Of a DNA stretch of 64,000 nt, positions 12,211-23,843 are shown in pieces. Made by a program: the position numbers and the translations under genes. Location of the stretch: assembly GCA_010405405.1 (NCBI GenBank), contig MU004235.1, positions 262,538 to 326,537 on the forward strand. The letters run 5' to 3'. Source of the stretch: Microthyrium microscopicum. Taxonomy: Eukaryota. The notes beneath the pieces are model-generated. The model saw only the letters and a program-made list of their open reading frames with translations, was not told the DNA's origin and searched no databases. Every line of letters begins with the position of its first letter. Position 1 is the stretch's first letter.

Positions 12211-14241
12211 ATGGTGCAGCATTCATACATTGGTTCTTGCGCGACTGAGCCCGTAGCGGCCAGGCAGATGCCTGATCTAAAGAGCATCAAAGACCCTGAA
12301 GTACTGGAAACAATCTACCAAACATCCAGAAACAAAAAGTTTCACCCATCACCGGAAGCCTGGGAAGACCAGCTGTTGTACTTCTTCCTGCCCGATCGGT
12401 TTTCTGATGGCAACGAGGATGGCTACCTGGACTCGGACGGCAACAAAGTATCAGGTCCAACAGAAAGATACTACGAACTACGAGACCGTAATAATGCATT
12501 ATTCAATGACAAAAGCCGCAAGGAATGGCTCGAGTCTGGAAAGAAGTTTGTTGGTGGTACCATCAAAGGCGCCATGACGAAACTAGGGTATCTTAAACGC
12601 ATGGGTGTCTCAACAATCTGGATAGGTCCAATATTTAAACAGATCGCAGCACAAGAAACTTATCATGGATATGCGATTCAGGACTTTCTGAATGTGGACC
12701 CCAGATTCGGGACAAAACAAGACCTCAAGGACTTTGTTCATGAGGCGCACCGTCAAGGCATCTACGTGCTTCTGGATATCGTCCTCAACCATAGTGGAGA
12801 TGTCTTTACTTACGACAAAAAGCCTTGGTGGTATACGGGAGAAGTACATGATGTCAAAGGTTATTGGGGTGCAGATCGAAATCCTGATGGTCTGTTGCCA
12901 TTTGAAACTGTTGACGAGACAAGAACACCAAAAGCCTACCCAGACGGTGCAATCTGGCCCAAAGAGCTCCAGGAGAAGGAGAATTTCCTACGAATGGGCT
13001 CTATGCTTCACTGGGATGCTGTGCCTGAGGTCTTCCAAGCCGACTTCTTCGATTTAAAATGCTTCAATCTTGGAAATTATGATCCCAAGGACTTCACTCC
13101 TGGACCAGCACTGACGACACTCTGCGAGGCGTTCAAATACTGGATAGCGTTCACCGACGCAGATGGCTTTCGAATCGATACTGTCTACTACCTTGGAGAT
13201 GGTCCAACCAAATATTTCGCAGACGAAATCCGCACTTATGCTGAAAGTATAGGAAAGGACAACTTCTTTCTTGTCGGAGAAATCTCAGGTGACCACGCAT
13301 TGCGAACCGTACAAAAAACGAAGCTAAATGCAGCGCTTGGCATTGGTGACATGCAGTATGACCTCTGGCACCTTCCGCTAGGCCAAGCGGATCCCGTCGA
13401 GTATTTCAACAACTTTCGAAACGACAACGAGACAGATAGCGAGTCGAATGAGCGAGCTTGGCGTCGCGATCAAATTGTCACCATGTTCGACGACCATGAT
13501 CAGACTTGGCGATTCGATTTCAAAGGCCGCTTCTGCTCGCAACCCAATTCTGATGCGTTCCTTGGTGTGGCCCTCGGCTTGAATATGTGCATGATGGGCA
13601 TACCGTGCATTTACTATGGCAGTGAACAGAACTTTGATGGTAGCTCTATTCGCTTCATTGGAGGTGAGGATAGTTATGCTGATCGATTCATTCGCGAGGC
13701 CATGTTCGGTGGTGCATTTGGCGCATTTGGCTCGACTGATCACCATTGCTTCAACGAGGACTCGCCTACATATAATATAGTGAAAGACCTTGCGTGTCTT
13801 CGGAGAAAAGAAGTTGCTTTACGTCGAGGCAACCAGTTTCTACGACAAGTTTCGTACGATGGAATAAAATTTGGTGTGCAACGACTTGACAAGAGCAGCG
13901 ATCAACGACTAGACACAGTCATTGCGTGGTCTCGCATGGCAGAAGGAGAGGAGATTTTGTGCGTCGCCAGTACGTTTTCGATGGACTTTGCAGAGGTGTG
14001 GATCGAAGTTGGGGTACCTCTTCCAAGCCCAGATAGGCCGAACGACTGGAACTACATGGCTTGCTTGTATCCGACGAAGAAGAGGGAGAGTCCGATGGTT
14101 GTGCCGTCTAAGAACGCTGATAGGATGGTAATCAAGACCCTGGTTGCTCCGCATTCCTTCACTGTTTACAAGTGGAGAAGAGAAGCTGAGGATGGCAGAC
14201 TGGGTGATCGAGTTTCTTTGCCTTTAAGGACCGGAAGTTAG
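12211..14241 (+). CDS. GH13 alpha-amylase family glycoside hydrolase, intronless, no signal peptide
   Basis: 676-aa ORF with FLPDRFSDG, YHGY, LDIVLNH, DGFRIDT (nucleophile Asp), VGEI (acid/base Glu), FDDHD and GIPCIYYGSEQ. Confidence 0.92.
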   Translation: MVQHSYIGSCATEPVAARQMPDLKSIKDPEVLETIYQTSRNKKFHPSPEAWEDQLLYFFLPDRFSDGNEDGYLDSDGNKVSGPTERYYELRDRNNALFNDKSRKEWLESGKKFVGGTIKGAMTKLGYLKRMGVSTIWIGPIFKQIAAQETYHGYAIQDFLNVDPRFGTKQDLKDFVHEAHRQGIYVLLDIVLNHSGDVFTYDKKPWWYTGEVHDVKGYWGADRNPDGLLPFETVDETRTPKAYPDGAIWPKELQEKENFLRMGSMLHWDAVPEVFQADFFDLKCFNLGNYDPKDFTPGPALTTLCEAFKYWIAFTDADGFRIDTVYYLGDGPTKYFADEIRTYAESIGKDNFFLVGEISGDHALRTVQKTKLNAALGIGDMQYDLWHLPLGQADPVEYFNNFRNDNETDSESNERAWRRDQIVTMFDDHDQTWRFDFKGRFCSQPNSDAFLGVALGLNMCMMGIPCIYYGSEQNFDGSSIRFIGGEDSYADRFIREAMFGGAFGAFGSTDHHCFNEDSPTYNIVKDLACLRRKEVALRRGNQFLRQVSYDGIKFGVQRLDKSSDQRLDTVIAWSRMAEGEEILCVASTFSMDFAEVWIEVGVPLPSPDRPNDWNYMACLYPTKKRESPMVVPSKNADRMVIKTLVAPHSFTVYKWRREAEDGRLGDRVSLPLRTGS

Positions 14242-15283
14242 ATCTAAGCGTTGGCGTTGGATTTAGTTGGTTTGGCTAGTACTTTGGCGATACTAAAGAT
14301 ACGAATGTTGTTTTGCTAGTTAAGTGAATGTTAATTTCCTGTTTTCCTCTCCAGCTACCGGCGGTGGCTTGCTTTTATCCCAAACCAGAAAATCATTACC
14401 TTTTCGTCGTAATCCCCAGAACTCCCGAAAGGTTGGTGTTGTATCTTTGCGCTCAGCTGCGACCGTCAGTAAACATGCGTTGGGTTCCAATCCAGATAAT
14501 ATTGGCCTTTCCGTAGATGTAAACTTCGTTGAGTATGGATAGTGACTGGTCATCCACCGTCCTCATGGCAGACGCGAATCCAACAAGGTCAAGAAAGCAG
14601 TTTTTATACCCATCTCGCAGAGACAGTTCATCGCCATCGCTCTCGCTACAATTTCCAAGAAAGAACTTGGCCCTCAATTTTCAAGCCTGGTTGCGGAGCA
14701 CACAGCTTCAATGGTCAACAAAGCCCCTGAGAGTTGACAGGGCTGGCATGCACTCATCCTGGCTTAAATCACCAACATTCTTGGTGATGGCGACTCCCTG
14801 TGTTCATTGGTCATGTCAATATTTCTGTGCACTTTACGAATTGAATTGCGCCCACAGCTTTCTGACTGCTGTCGTGAAGAAGTGAGGTTGGAAGAAATCG
14901 TCCTCTACTTCGCAAAATACTGGATGACTAAGCCTTCCCCTGCAAGCCTCATCTTGGCGAGAGTGATCTTGATGTTGTCCTACACCTTCCTGTAGTTCGC
15001 GTGACTTCAGGTCTCAGATCATCTGGACACAAGAGTCGGCCATGTGGTGTTGAAGACCTTACAAAGACGGTGCTTGCTGTTGAGATCGATATGGCAGTGA
15101 AATATTCGCATGGCGAGCTCCAACAGCCCCATCGTCATCCATAATCTGCTTCACTCAGCATATTCGCCACGGACAGTCCAACACCTTTGGACAACCGGAG
15201 CGCAGAATAAAAGATACACCAAATCAGAATAGATCGGGCGCTTCGAGACTGCCAGGCCAAATCCATGCAAATTTCAATTCACT

Positions 15284-16914
15284 ATGGATGCCAACACAGA
15301 AAGAGCATCGTCCCACAAGGAGAGAGTGCATCAACTCTGGGCTACTTATGATTCCTTGATCAAGAACGGACACTATGCGCCTTTCGGATACCCTTTTGGA
15401 GCATTGCCATTCTTGATGGTTATCGTCTACTTCATCGTTCCAGCGAAATACACTCCTCGGCCGGTTCGTATTATTTGGGCCCTTTCAGCTCAAGCGCTAT
15501 GCCTGCACTTCATTCTGTTTACGCGCGCTCGATCAGCTGCTACATCAGGATTACTTGGCATTGGATTCATGTATTTTATCCAATGGATAACAGCCAATAT
15601 GATAGTGTTTGATGCTAAAACTTCTTATGAGCGTATTGTTCGAGTGGAGCACGACAAGCAGCCTGGCTCAAGTTCGGAGAGCAAAGGTTTGGTCTCCTAC
15701 GCGTGGCAACCTATACCAAATATTTTCAAGGCCCGGCTGGACTGGATCATGGATCTGTTGAGTAAGTCTGCAGTTTTGCCTAGTTCATTGCCAACTCGTA
15801 GCCTCCTGACCTCCTTGTCTTTGCGCTCGATAGAATCGAAGATCTGATATGGCAATCATAAGCTAACGTACGCGTAGCCAATCTGGATGGAATGGGATGG
15901 AACTGGGCAATATCAGCGTTGCCCGCGCCTCCAAAAAGAATCCGAGAACAACTTAAAACCCCGGGACGACTGGCGTATAGCAGAGACATCCTTGAAGCAT
16001 GGAAAGGACTTCCACCAGATCAACCGGAGCAGCATAGCAAAGCTGTATACAGAGATATTCGTTGGCGGCTGGCAATTGGATACATGGCTTTAGACGCCGC
16101 GAAGACTATGGGCAGTATGGACCCCTTCTTCTGGGGCTACACTGATCATGTCCATCCTCCTTATCTGCCTTCCTGGCTCCAGTATCGTTTCGTGGTCAAA
16201 ATTGTGAGGCTTTGCATTGCACAAGCTAGTATGCATATCGCCATCCGGACTTTACTGACTCTTCGGCCCTTGCATTTTCTCTCGAAGCATGGTCAGCCGT
16301 TGGTGGGTATTCGGGGAGAAGGATGGCTGTTTCCAGATCCTTTCGGTAGCTTCCAGGCCGTGCTCGATTATGGTCTTCCGGGCTTTTGGTCGAGTTACTG
16401 GCATCAGTCTTTTCGTCATGTATTCACTGCCCCTTCGAGGCCTCTCATTGCATATCTTGGACTGGACCCTAGGAGTGTTGTTTCTAAATTCATTCGGATG
16501 TCGATCGCCTTTCTTTGCTCCGGTTTACTTCATGCTTCGCTCAGCGTGGGTGCAATTGGCCAAACACGCCCTCTCCGTGGACCACTTCTTTTCTTCGTGC
16601 TCCAGCCAATCGGTGTCGCTCTTCAAATAATGTTTGTTACCGTCTTGCAACGCGCTTCTCTGGGTTCTTGGGTTTCGCCGCGGGTTGGAGGTTTTGTGAA
16701 TCTAGCTTGGTGCCTTGTGTGGGGCTACCTCACTGCTCCGCTGTTGATCGAGGACTTGGCCAAGGGCGGGCAGTTTCTTTTTGAGCCGGTTCCCTTCAGT
16801 ATATTTCGTGGACTCGGTTTGGGGAACTCGGACGATGGTTTCTGGTGCTGGAGCGGTAGATGGCTATCGTTTCGATCGGATATCGAATGGTGGAAATACC
16901 GTATTGTGTCATAG
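15284..16914 (+). CDS. Membrane-bound O-acyltransferase (MBOAT_2; wax synthase/TRI7-like), 2 exons
   Basis: Exons 15284-15761 and 15878-16914 joined by GTAAGT...GCTAAC...TAG give an in-frame NLDGMGWNW; motifs FWSSYWHQSFR and AFLCSGLLH; many hydrophobic segments. Confidence 0.88.
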
Positions 16915-17891
16915 CTGGCGAGGACACCATCTTGAGTTCGACATCAATCTCATCCACCAATTTTGCACAGCAGGCGTCCTGTTGTCAGGCATCCAGATAA
17001 CAGGTACTCAGGATGGCTGAAGAAAACCGACATCCCCAGCTGAACAGCAAGCAATTTTGGAATTCGTGTTGAGAGCCACTGGCTGACACTGGTAACACTA
17101 TGATATATGGTGAACTGCCTCCCCGGTCCTGTGAAGTATCTGCCTGCGGCCATACTGATCATTTCTAAACCATTCAGGCTTCGTGAATACCAAAATAACT
17201 GATCACCTGGTACTTCCACGACCGTGTCATATGCGGCATATCTACTTATGAATTTGCTCCCGCGAGCTTCTCACACTACCTCCGCGTCTCCTACTTCTAC
17301 CCGCCTGGTCGGGGTCATCATGGCCTGTCCTTGCGAGAGCCATCTGATCAAGCTCGTGTTGCCTCACCCTACCGCTGGTCCACCTCTGTCTTCCAAAAAA
17401 GCCTGAGGACGAATCATGGCCGCAGCTCAAGGCTTCGAGGCTCCAGCAGCATGCCATGTTCCTTCCATATTTCAATCAATTCCTTAGGAAAAGCCATTTC
17501 TCATTGGTCACTTGAGCTTCAGTCTTCAGGCACTCAGCTGATGGCTTCCTTCCTTTAAAAGCCAGTAGCACGCCCACGGCCAATTTCCCTTCCTTCTTGG
17601 TCGCTGAGTTCACTTCATTGATTCGGAAATTGTCAATGTAGGAAATATTACGAGGCCATTTCACTCTCTTGTGTTAGCTTGCTCAACTAACGAATAATAC
17701 GCGGCAGTGCTAGTGGTTGCTTCCTATTGAAGAAAAGGCTTTCCACCATCAACAAACTCTGTCATTATAAAATCCCTCCAAATTTTTCTCCGTCATCCTT
17801 TCCTCTCACTACCTCTAAACTCCTCCAAACTTTGTCGGAATTAACAGTTCTCTTCAAGCACTATCCCACATTATCAAGACCTGCCATCGCA

Positions 17892-18755
17892 ATGGATCCT
17901 CTCTCTGCCAACATCAACTCTGCCGACGAAGGCAATGATCGTGTCGTGAAGACAGAGCCAATTGCTGAGGCTGACGCCTTCAGCACACCCGCAAAAGCCC
18001 CGCGCAAGAAGAAGGTGAGTTTTTCTCTTTTCGAATAGGCTGTCATTCAAGCTATCGCACTTTGTGGCTCGTGTAGAAATATATGGCTGCCACCAAATGC
18101 GATGGGATTCTGCCCTGAAGATACCATTTGACCTCGTCAATGCATTTTGGCTGTATTTCCTCTTCCTGTCATAGTATAGTACTAACAAAACTCAGGCTGC
18201 TCAGGCGACTCCAAATGGCTCGCCCGCTCAACCCGCCGCCATGAAGACCACCGATGCTTGCCTCGAAGGCTTCACTCCTACCGAAACCAAGATGGTACGA
18301 AATCCTCCTCTATGAAGTTATATATTGTTTGTATACTGACGCAACCAGATGGCTGCCGCGTTCTTTCATTCAGTTCAATCCGAAACCGCTCCTCTCGAGC
18401 TTGTGCGTGCCCACGTCGGTAGCAAGTCTACCGCTTCCGTCCGCGTGACTCTAAACGGAGCGCGACGCAAGTCTATCATGGTAAGACATCCCTCGCTCAA
18501 AAACAATTTCCCATGACACTAAAATCCTTTGATGGCTCCCATCACATCCGTTGAAATAATCTGTACTGACGGAATTTCCAGGTCGATGGCAAACCAACCA
18601 ACGCCGGAGGCCGACCAAATGGCCAAACTCCCGTCAAGCGCTCCAAGCCCGACGAGGACGAAGGAGACCAGGTCAAGGCTTCTCCAAAGCCAAAGAAGGC
18701 TCGTTCTGCCCCGGCCGCTAAGGTATCCGACGACGACGAGGGAAATGAAGTCTAG
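17892..18755 (+). CDS. Small basic nuclear protein (~175 aa) with a Myb-like helical core; 4 exons
   Basis: Exons 17892-18014, 18196-18294, 18349-18480 and 18582-18755 are joined by three canonical phase-0 introns with CTAAC/CTGAC branch sites and splice to one ORF; contains PRKKK and SPKPKKAR. Confidence 0.75.
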
Positions 18756-20167
18756 GTCCATGTTCTTTAACGACGTTCATGGCATGCACATTGGTTCTTG
18801 AGAAGGTTGTTGGGTAGTGGGGGGGAGGAGATTATGTCGAATGTGCAATGCCGGATGTCTGCGTTTGCGAGCTCGCTCTAGTTATTTGTGGTTGTAGGAG
18901 TGGGCCGCTTTCAGCTGCTGAATACCTGCTTCTCAGCCGGGTAACCTTGAATGATAATGATCAACATGAACCTATTTTCTGTCTTGATACCACCCATGTG
19001 ATTTGCTCTGGTTCAACTTGCGACCTTGATAGCCGGCTAAGCTAAAGTCGATCTATTTCGCTGGCGTATCATTAGAACCAGCCAGCGATAGAAGTTTAAA
19101 GCTCGGCATTATTGATGTCGGGTCAAAGGACTTAGATGCTCAGTGGGACACACTACCGGGAATGAAGTCTTATCGTTGCCTCAATGAAGCGAGTGGTGAT
19201 GTTCATAGAATAATCCTCCTCTGCGATATTGTTTGATAGCTGCGAACCTTCCCTCTCCCAGTGCTGATGCTACGTAAAAAGACTTAGCAAAAGAATTCTA
19301 CTCGATGACAACCGCATCATGTTCAATTGAACAATGTGTGCTCCGAAATAGTTTCAGGTTCTGCGATGATGCTTTAGGAGACATAAAGAGCACATTGATC
19401 TGGGACTGCGTCAACGTGTTGAAGTTTCTTCCAATCTCATATCTTCATTCCTGGCAAGCTCGAGATTAGAAGGAAAAGGGTCGTTTATTCTAAGACGCTC
19501 CCAAGATTTCCAACATCACCCACCTCTAAACTCTAGGAAAGGACAACAGGACAATAAACTCGAGTCCATTCATTCTGTAAAAGCACCTACAAACAGAAAG
19601 ACCATTGGCATTAACACTGCGATTCAGCAGATCTCAGTAACACAAATAACAACACTCTAGCTTATGATTTACCGCAAATGGTCCTCTCAATGCGAATCAA
19701 GTCATGATACTACCAGATCAGATCTGGATCAGTATCCGCATGTAGTAATATCAATTCTTGTACTTCCAGATTCTCTCGCTTTCCAGACCTCAAATACATT
19801 GTTCTTATTCTGATACCCTTCAATTGTTCTCAGAATCATATCAAGTTACTGCCAACACGTTGGTCGAGTTTACCTTTTAGGATCTTGGTTTTAGATCTTC
19901 GAGTTTCTCGACCCTTAAAATCTCCTGTTCACGATCTCTCAATCTTCTTCCTCATTCAATTTGTTCCAATTTGACGATCAGATTTTCTTGCGCTGACAAT
20001 CATTCACGATACTTTTGACATCAAAGATCTCTCACCAAAAAAGCCTGGATTCATTGGTAATTACGATCTGATCTTCTATACTTCAATTGATTTCTTCCCA
20101 TCTTGACTTACACGTCTGTAGATCTCTTCCTTTGGTTATCTGGTTGCTACCGCTAGAATCATCCATC

Positions 20168-23100
20168 ATGGATTTCCATACTTCTGCATCTGGTGCTCAG
20201 TCGAATGCAGGAGCACCTTCCTTCCGACTACCAATGCGTCCTGCAAGCAATCTCAATTTGGGAGCCGGACAGTTAGCCAATGGCTCCTGGCCATTGCATT
20301 CCGTTACGGGCCAATATGGTGATAGCAATGGCGGAGGATCCACGATGTCAACACCGCAATCACATTCACAGCCACAGCCTGCCCAGACTGGCCAGCACTT
20401 CAATCAGCAAGTGCCTTCTGGTACTAATGGCTTCGGCAATCATATCCAGCACCAAGACAACCACAACTCCAATACCTCGCTCCAGCAATTACCTCTTAGC
20501 TCACAAGGCAATGGTGGTGTCAATAGCCAGCACCAATTTGGTACAGTAGGACACGCCATGGATCAGTCGCATGCCCACGCCGGTCACCTACACAATCCTA
20601 CTCCATATGCAAACGGTGCTGGCCTTGGAGCGCCAGGCCTATCCTTCACTCAAGGCAACTACCAGGCGCCAGTTGATGGCGCGCAATCTGGACAGCAACA
20701 ATTCTTTACGCCGTCGAACTTCCAACAACTTCCTAACCACTCCAACCACTCCAATCAACACAATGTCAATCAAAGCTTCCATCATAACGCATTATCGCAG
20801 CAACCTACTGCGCAGACCGGCAATAGCAATACGAATCAGAGCTACCATAACCATGCACAGCATGAGCATCCAGATGCCCATCGAACTCGCCTTTACCGTT
20901 TCGTCCAGTTTTCCAACCAGTGGAAGGAAGATGCGAGACTTGACTTAATTCGGACACTTTGTAAGACTGACCAGGACGCACTGGTCAACTTTGGACTTCT
21001 CAGCAAATGTAAGTTTTGGCTCCCCTATTTTTTGATTCCCGCTCCCACCATCACCACCACCACCATTCCCACAACTCCCAACTCCCACCACCAGAAGCTC
21101 CCATCCAACTTCCCAAAGAAGTAATCGTTATGCTTCTTTTCACAATAATGGCATGGTCTTATTGTCCCGCCCAGCCACCCGAATAGAAAATTTTGCAACA
21201 CCCTCTTCCTCCCACATCCTCCCTCTCTCTCAGACAATCCTCAGAACACTCTCAAACTTCACTCTATTCACATCTTCACCGCGACACTTCTTACTACTTT
21301 CGGTTTCCATCCAAACTTCACTATCAAGCTCCTAGCGTCTTCTGGTCTTCGACGGTTCTTTTAAAGCCGTTGTTCCTCGACGTCAAGGACTCAACCTCTT
21401 CACCACCTCATCCGCTACTCAACTCGCTTCAGTATATTTTATATCCATTATCTTACTCAATTCCTTCTAGCTCTCGCTCATCAGCTTCTACATCCCGAAA
21501 TGGCTCAATCCAAGGTCGCTATGGCTTCAAAGGCCTCAAAGCTCAAGCCTGGTCGCTATCGTGAAAAGCGCAAGTTGACTCGATGGACTCGTAAGTTGCC
21601 CGCATTAACTTTGCTTCTTGATACTAATGCGCACGCAGCGGAGAAGCTCATGGAGACTCTGTCGGCCATATGGCATGCTTACCGCTGCAAGATGATCGAA
21701 CTTCCGATGGACTGGCTTGCTCAGGAAATTGACTCCAGCCCAACTGCGATCGCGCAGATGTTCGACCGTCGTCATCGTGAGTTTTACGAAGGTGGAGCCA
21801 TTCGAGGACCTTATCGCTTGAAGCCGGAGCAGGAACTCAGTATTTATCCCTTGGACCTCATTTCTGGATTCTTCTAACTATCTGGCAGAACGCAAGCAGT
21901 CTCGCGCAAAGTCAATCAAACAATTGGAGAATGGTGGCTGGGAAGAAATCGAATTCATCGTCGAGGAAATGGACGGTCCCTCCGACTCTGGCTCTGAGGA
22001 TGATCCTGCTGAAGAGCCAGCCAAGTCCGTGAAGAAAGAGCTAGCTTCTGCTCATGAGTCTTCCTCTGCTACTACGGATGGACTTCCACCACTCAAGAAG
22101 AGCAAGCATACCAAGTGTATCGTCACCAACCGTCGCCCGGCTAAGTCTACACCTTCTCGCACCCCTATTGTCAAGCGTAGTGCTGCTCGCAAGCCCGCTG
22201 GTCTTCGCGTCTCTACGGATACCAAAGCTGCCACTGTCAATGGCCAGCAGGAAACTTCTCGTGCCGCTCAGGGTGTCTCCAACTCTACGCAGTTCCAGAA
22301 CAACTTCAATGGCGGAAGCACAACTCCTGGTTTTGCTCCGCTCTCCGCAACTGCACCTCCACAGGGTCTTTTAAGCTATTCCAACACCTATGCCTTGCCT
22401 GGTCAATATTTTAACCAGCCTGGCACTCCGATCCCTTCTCAGAACAACGGCACGGTCAACTACAACCAGTCCTTCCCTCCAGGCAGCCCCGCCATGAGCT
22501 ATGTATCTGCCCATGGCTCTACTGCTAGCATGGCGAACCAATCCTTTCCACCAAATCCATGGTCTACTTACTCCATGAATGATTTCGGAGCTGCAAATGC
22601 TGCCAATGCTGCTTATCAGAGCAACGAGCACATGGGAAATGTCATGAACTCTTCGTATGGACATCCTTCCCAGCAAGACTCACGTCACGCCACCCCTCTT
22701 GAGGGTCTCCGCTACAGCAATGCTTACGCCGATGCCACTGCTTCTCCTTTCGTTAGCAACGCCGCTCCTCATCATCGTCGCCATGATTCAGTCACGAGCC
22801 AAACCTTCAAGGGCAAGGCCCCTGTCAAAAAGTCATCTTCTCCTCCTGTCTGCGATCAGAAGCCTGTTGCACGTCCATCAAACATGGCCACTCATCTCAA
22901 CGTACCTCTTGGAGCCATTCGCCACAATGGACAATTCGATCCAAATTTCCCAACTGTCTCTTTGCCAATGGGTTATGGTACTCATATGCAATCTGCCAAT
23001 GCAGACATGAACTCTCAAGCTGGTGCTCAGTTCTTTGCTGCCTCTCCTCCTCAGGATGATGAGTTAACGTTCATTTCCGCCAATGCTGTACAGCAACCTC

Positions 23101-23843
23101 CTCCTTCAGCGGGACTCCAGTGGGAAGCCAATGCTGCTGCTCAGTTATCTGCTTTCAACGCTGGCCATAATGTTGACTCTCATTGGGCTTCTGCAAATGG
23201 CGCTCAGAACACTGACATTGAGATGGCTTCACAAGCTTTTGTTTCTCCTGCTCATACTGTCACCAATTCTCCTGTCGACATGAATGATCAGAATGGCCAG
23301 CAGTTTCATCACAATGGCTTCACCAATGCTAATGTGAATCACCATTCCGTGCCTACAATTGAGGCGACAGAGCAAGGTCATGGCAATGCTGCCTTTGTCG
23401 AGCAAGCAAACCATTCGTCTTCTCCTCGCGAAGTCGCCGATACTCATGAGGAGTCTCTCTTCCAGGCAGCCAATGGTCCTACCAATGCTGCTGAACAAGA
23501 CAGCTCCGCAGGCTTCGATGAGTACTTCAACATGGACGGCGGCGCTACCGACTCTCAAGTTCCCTCCGACGACCCCAATGCACTCAGCATGTTTCCTTCC
23601 AGCAACACCGAGGATGCGGGCCAGAATTGGTCTTCCGACGCTGCTCATTATGGCAACGAGTATTCAGACAATTGGCTTGCGGATCACGGTGATCATGATA
23701 TGGGAGCTTCATCCTCTGGTTTCTTCCAAGAATCAGCAGGCAACGGAATGCTCTCCAACGACATGGGTGCCGCAATGTTCCAGGACTCTTACTCCAACTT
23801 CACTCACGAAGAGTTGAACCAAGAACCCTCCTATTCCTACTAA
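20168..23843 (+). CDS. Large Q/N/H/S-rich low-complexity protein with a central Myb/SANT-like domain (putative transcription factor)
   Basis: Introns 21009-21470, 21591-21638 and 21840-21888 join three listed ORFs in frame; the spliced core reads RKLTRWTPEKLMETLSAIW...IELPMDWLAQEIDSSPTAIAQMF. Joining the first exon depends on the 462-nt intron being real. Confidence 0.7.

Noticed and set aside
14300..15110. Short overlapping ORFs suggesting a decayed minus-strand gene
   Set aside because: No consistent frame, splice pattern or recognisable motif.
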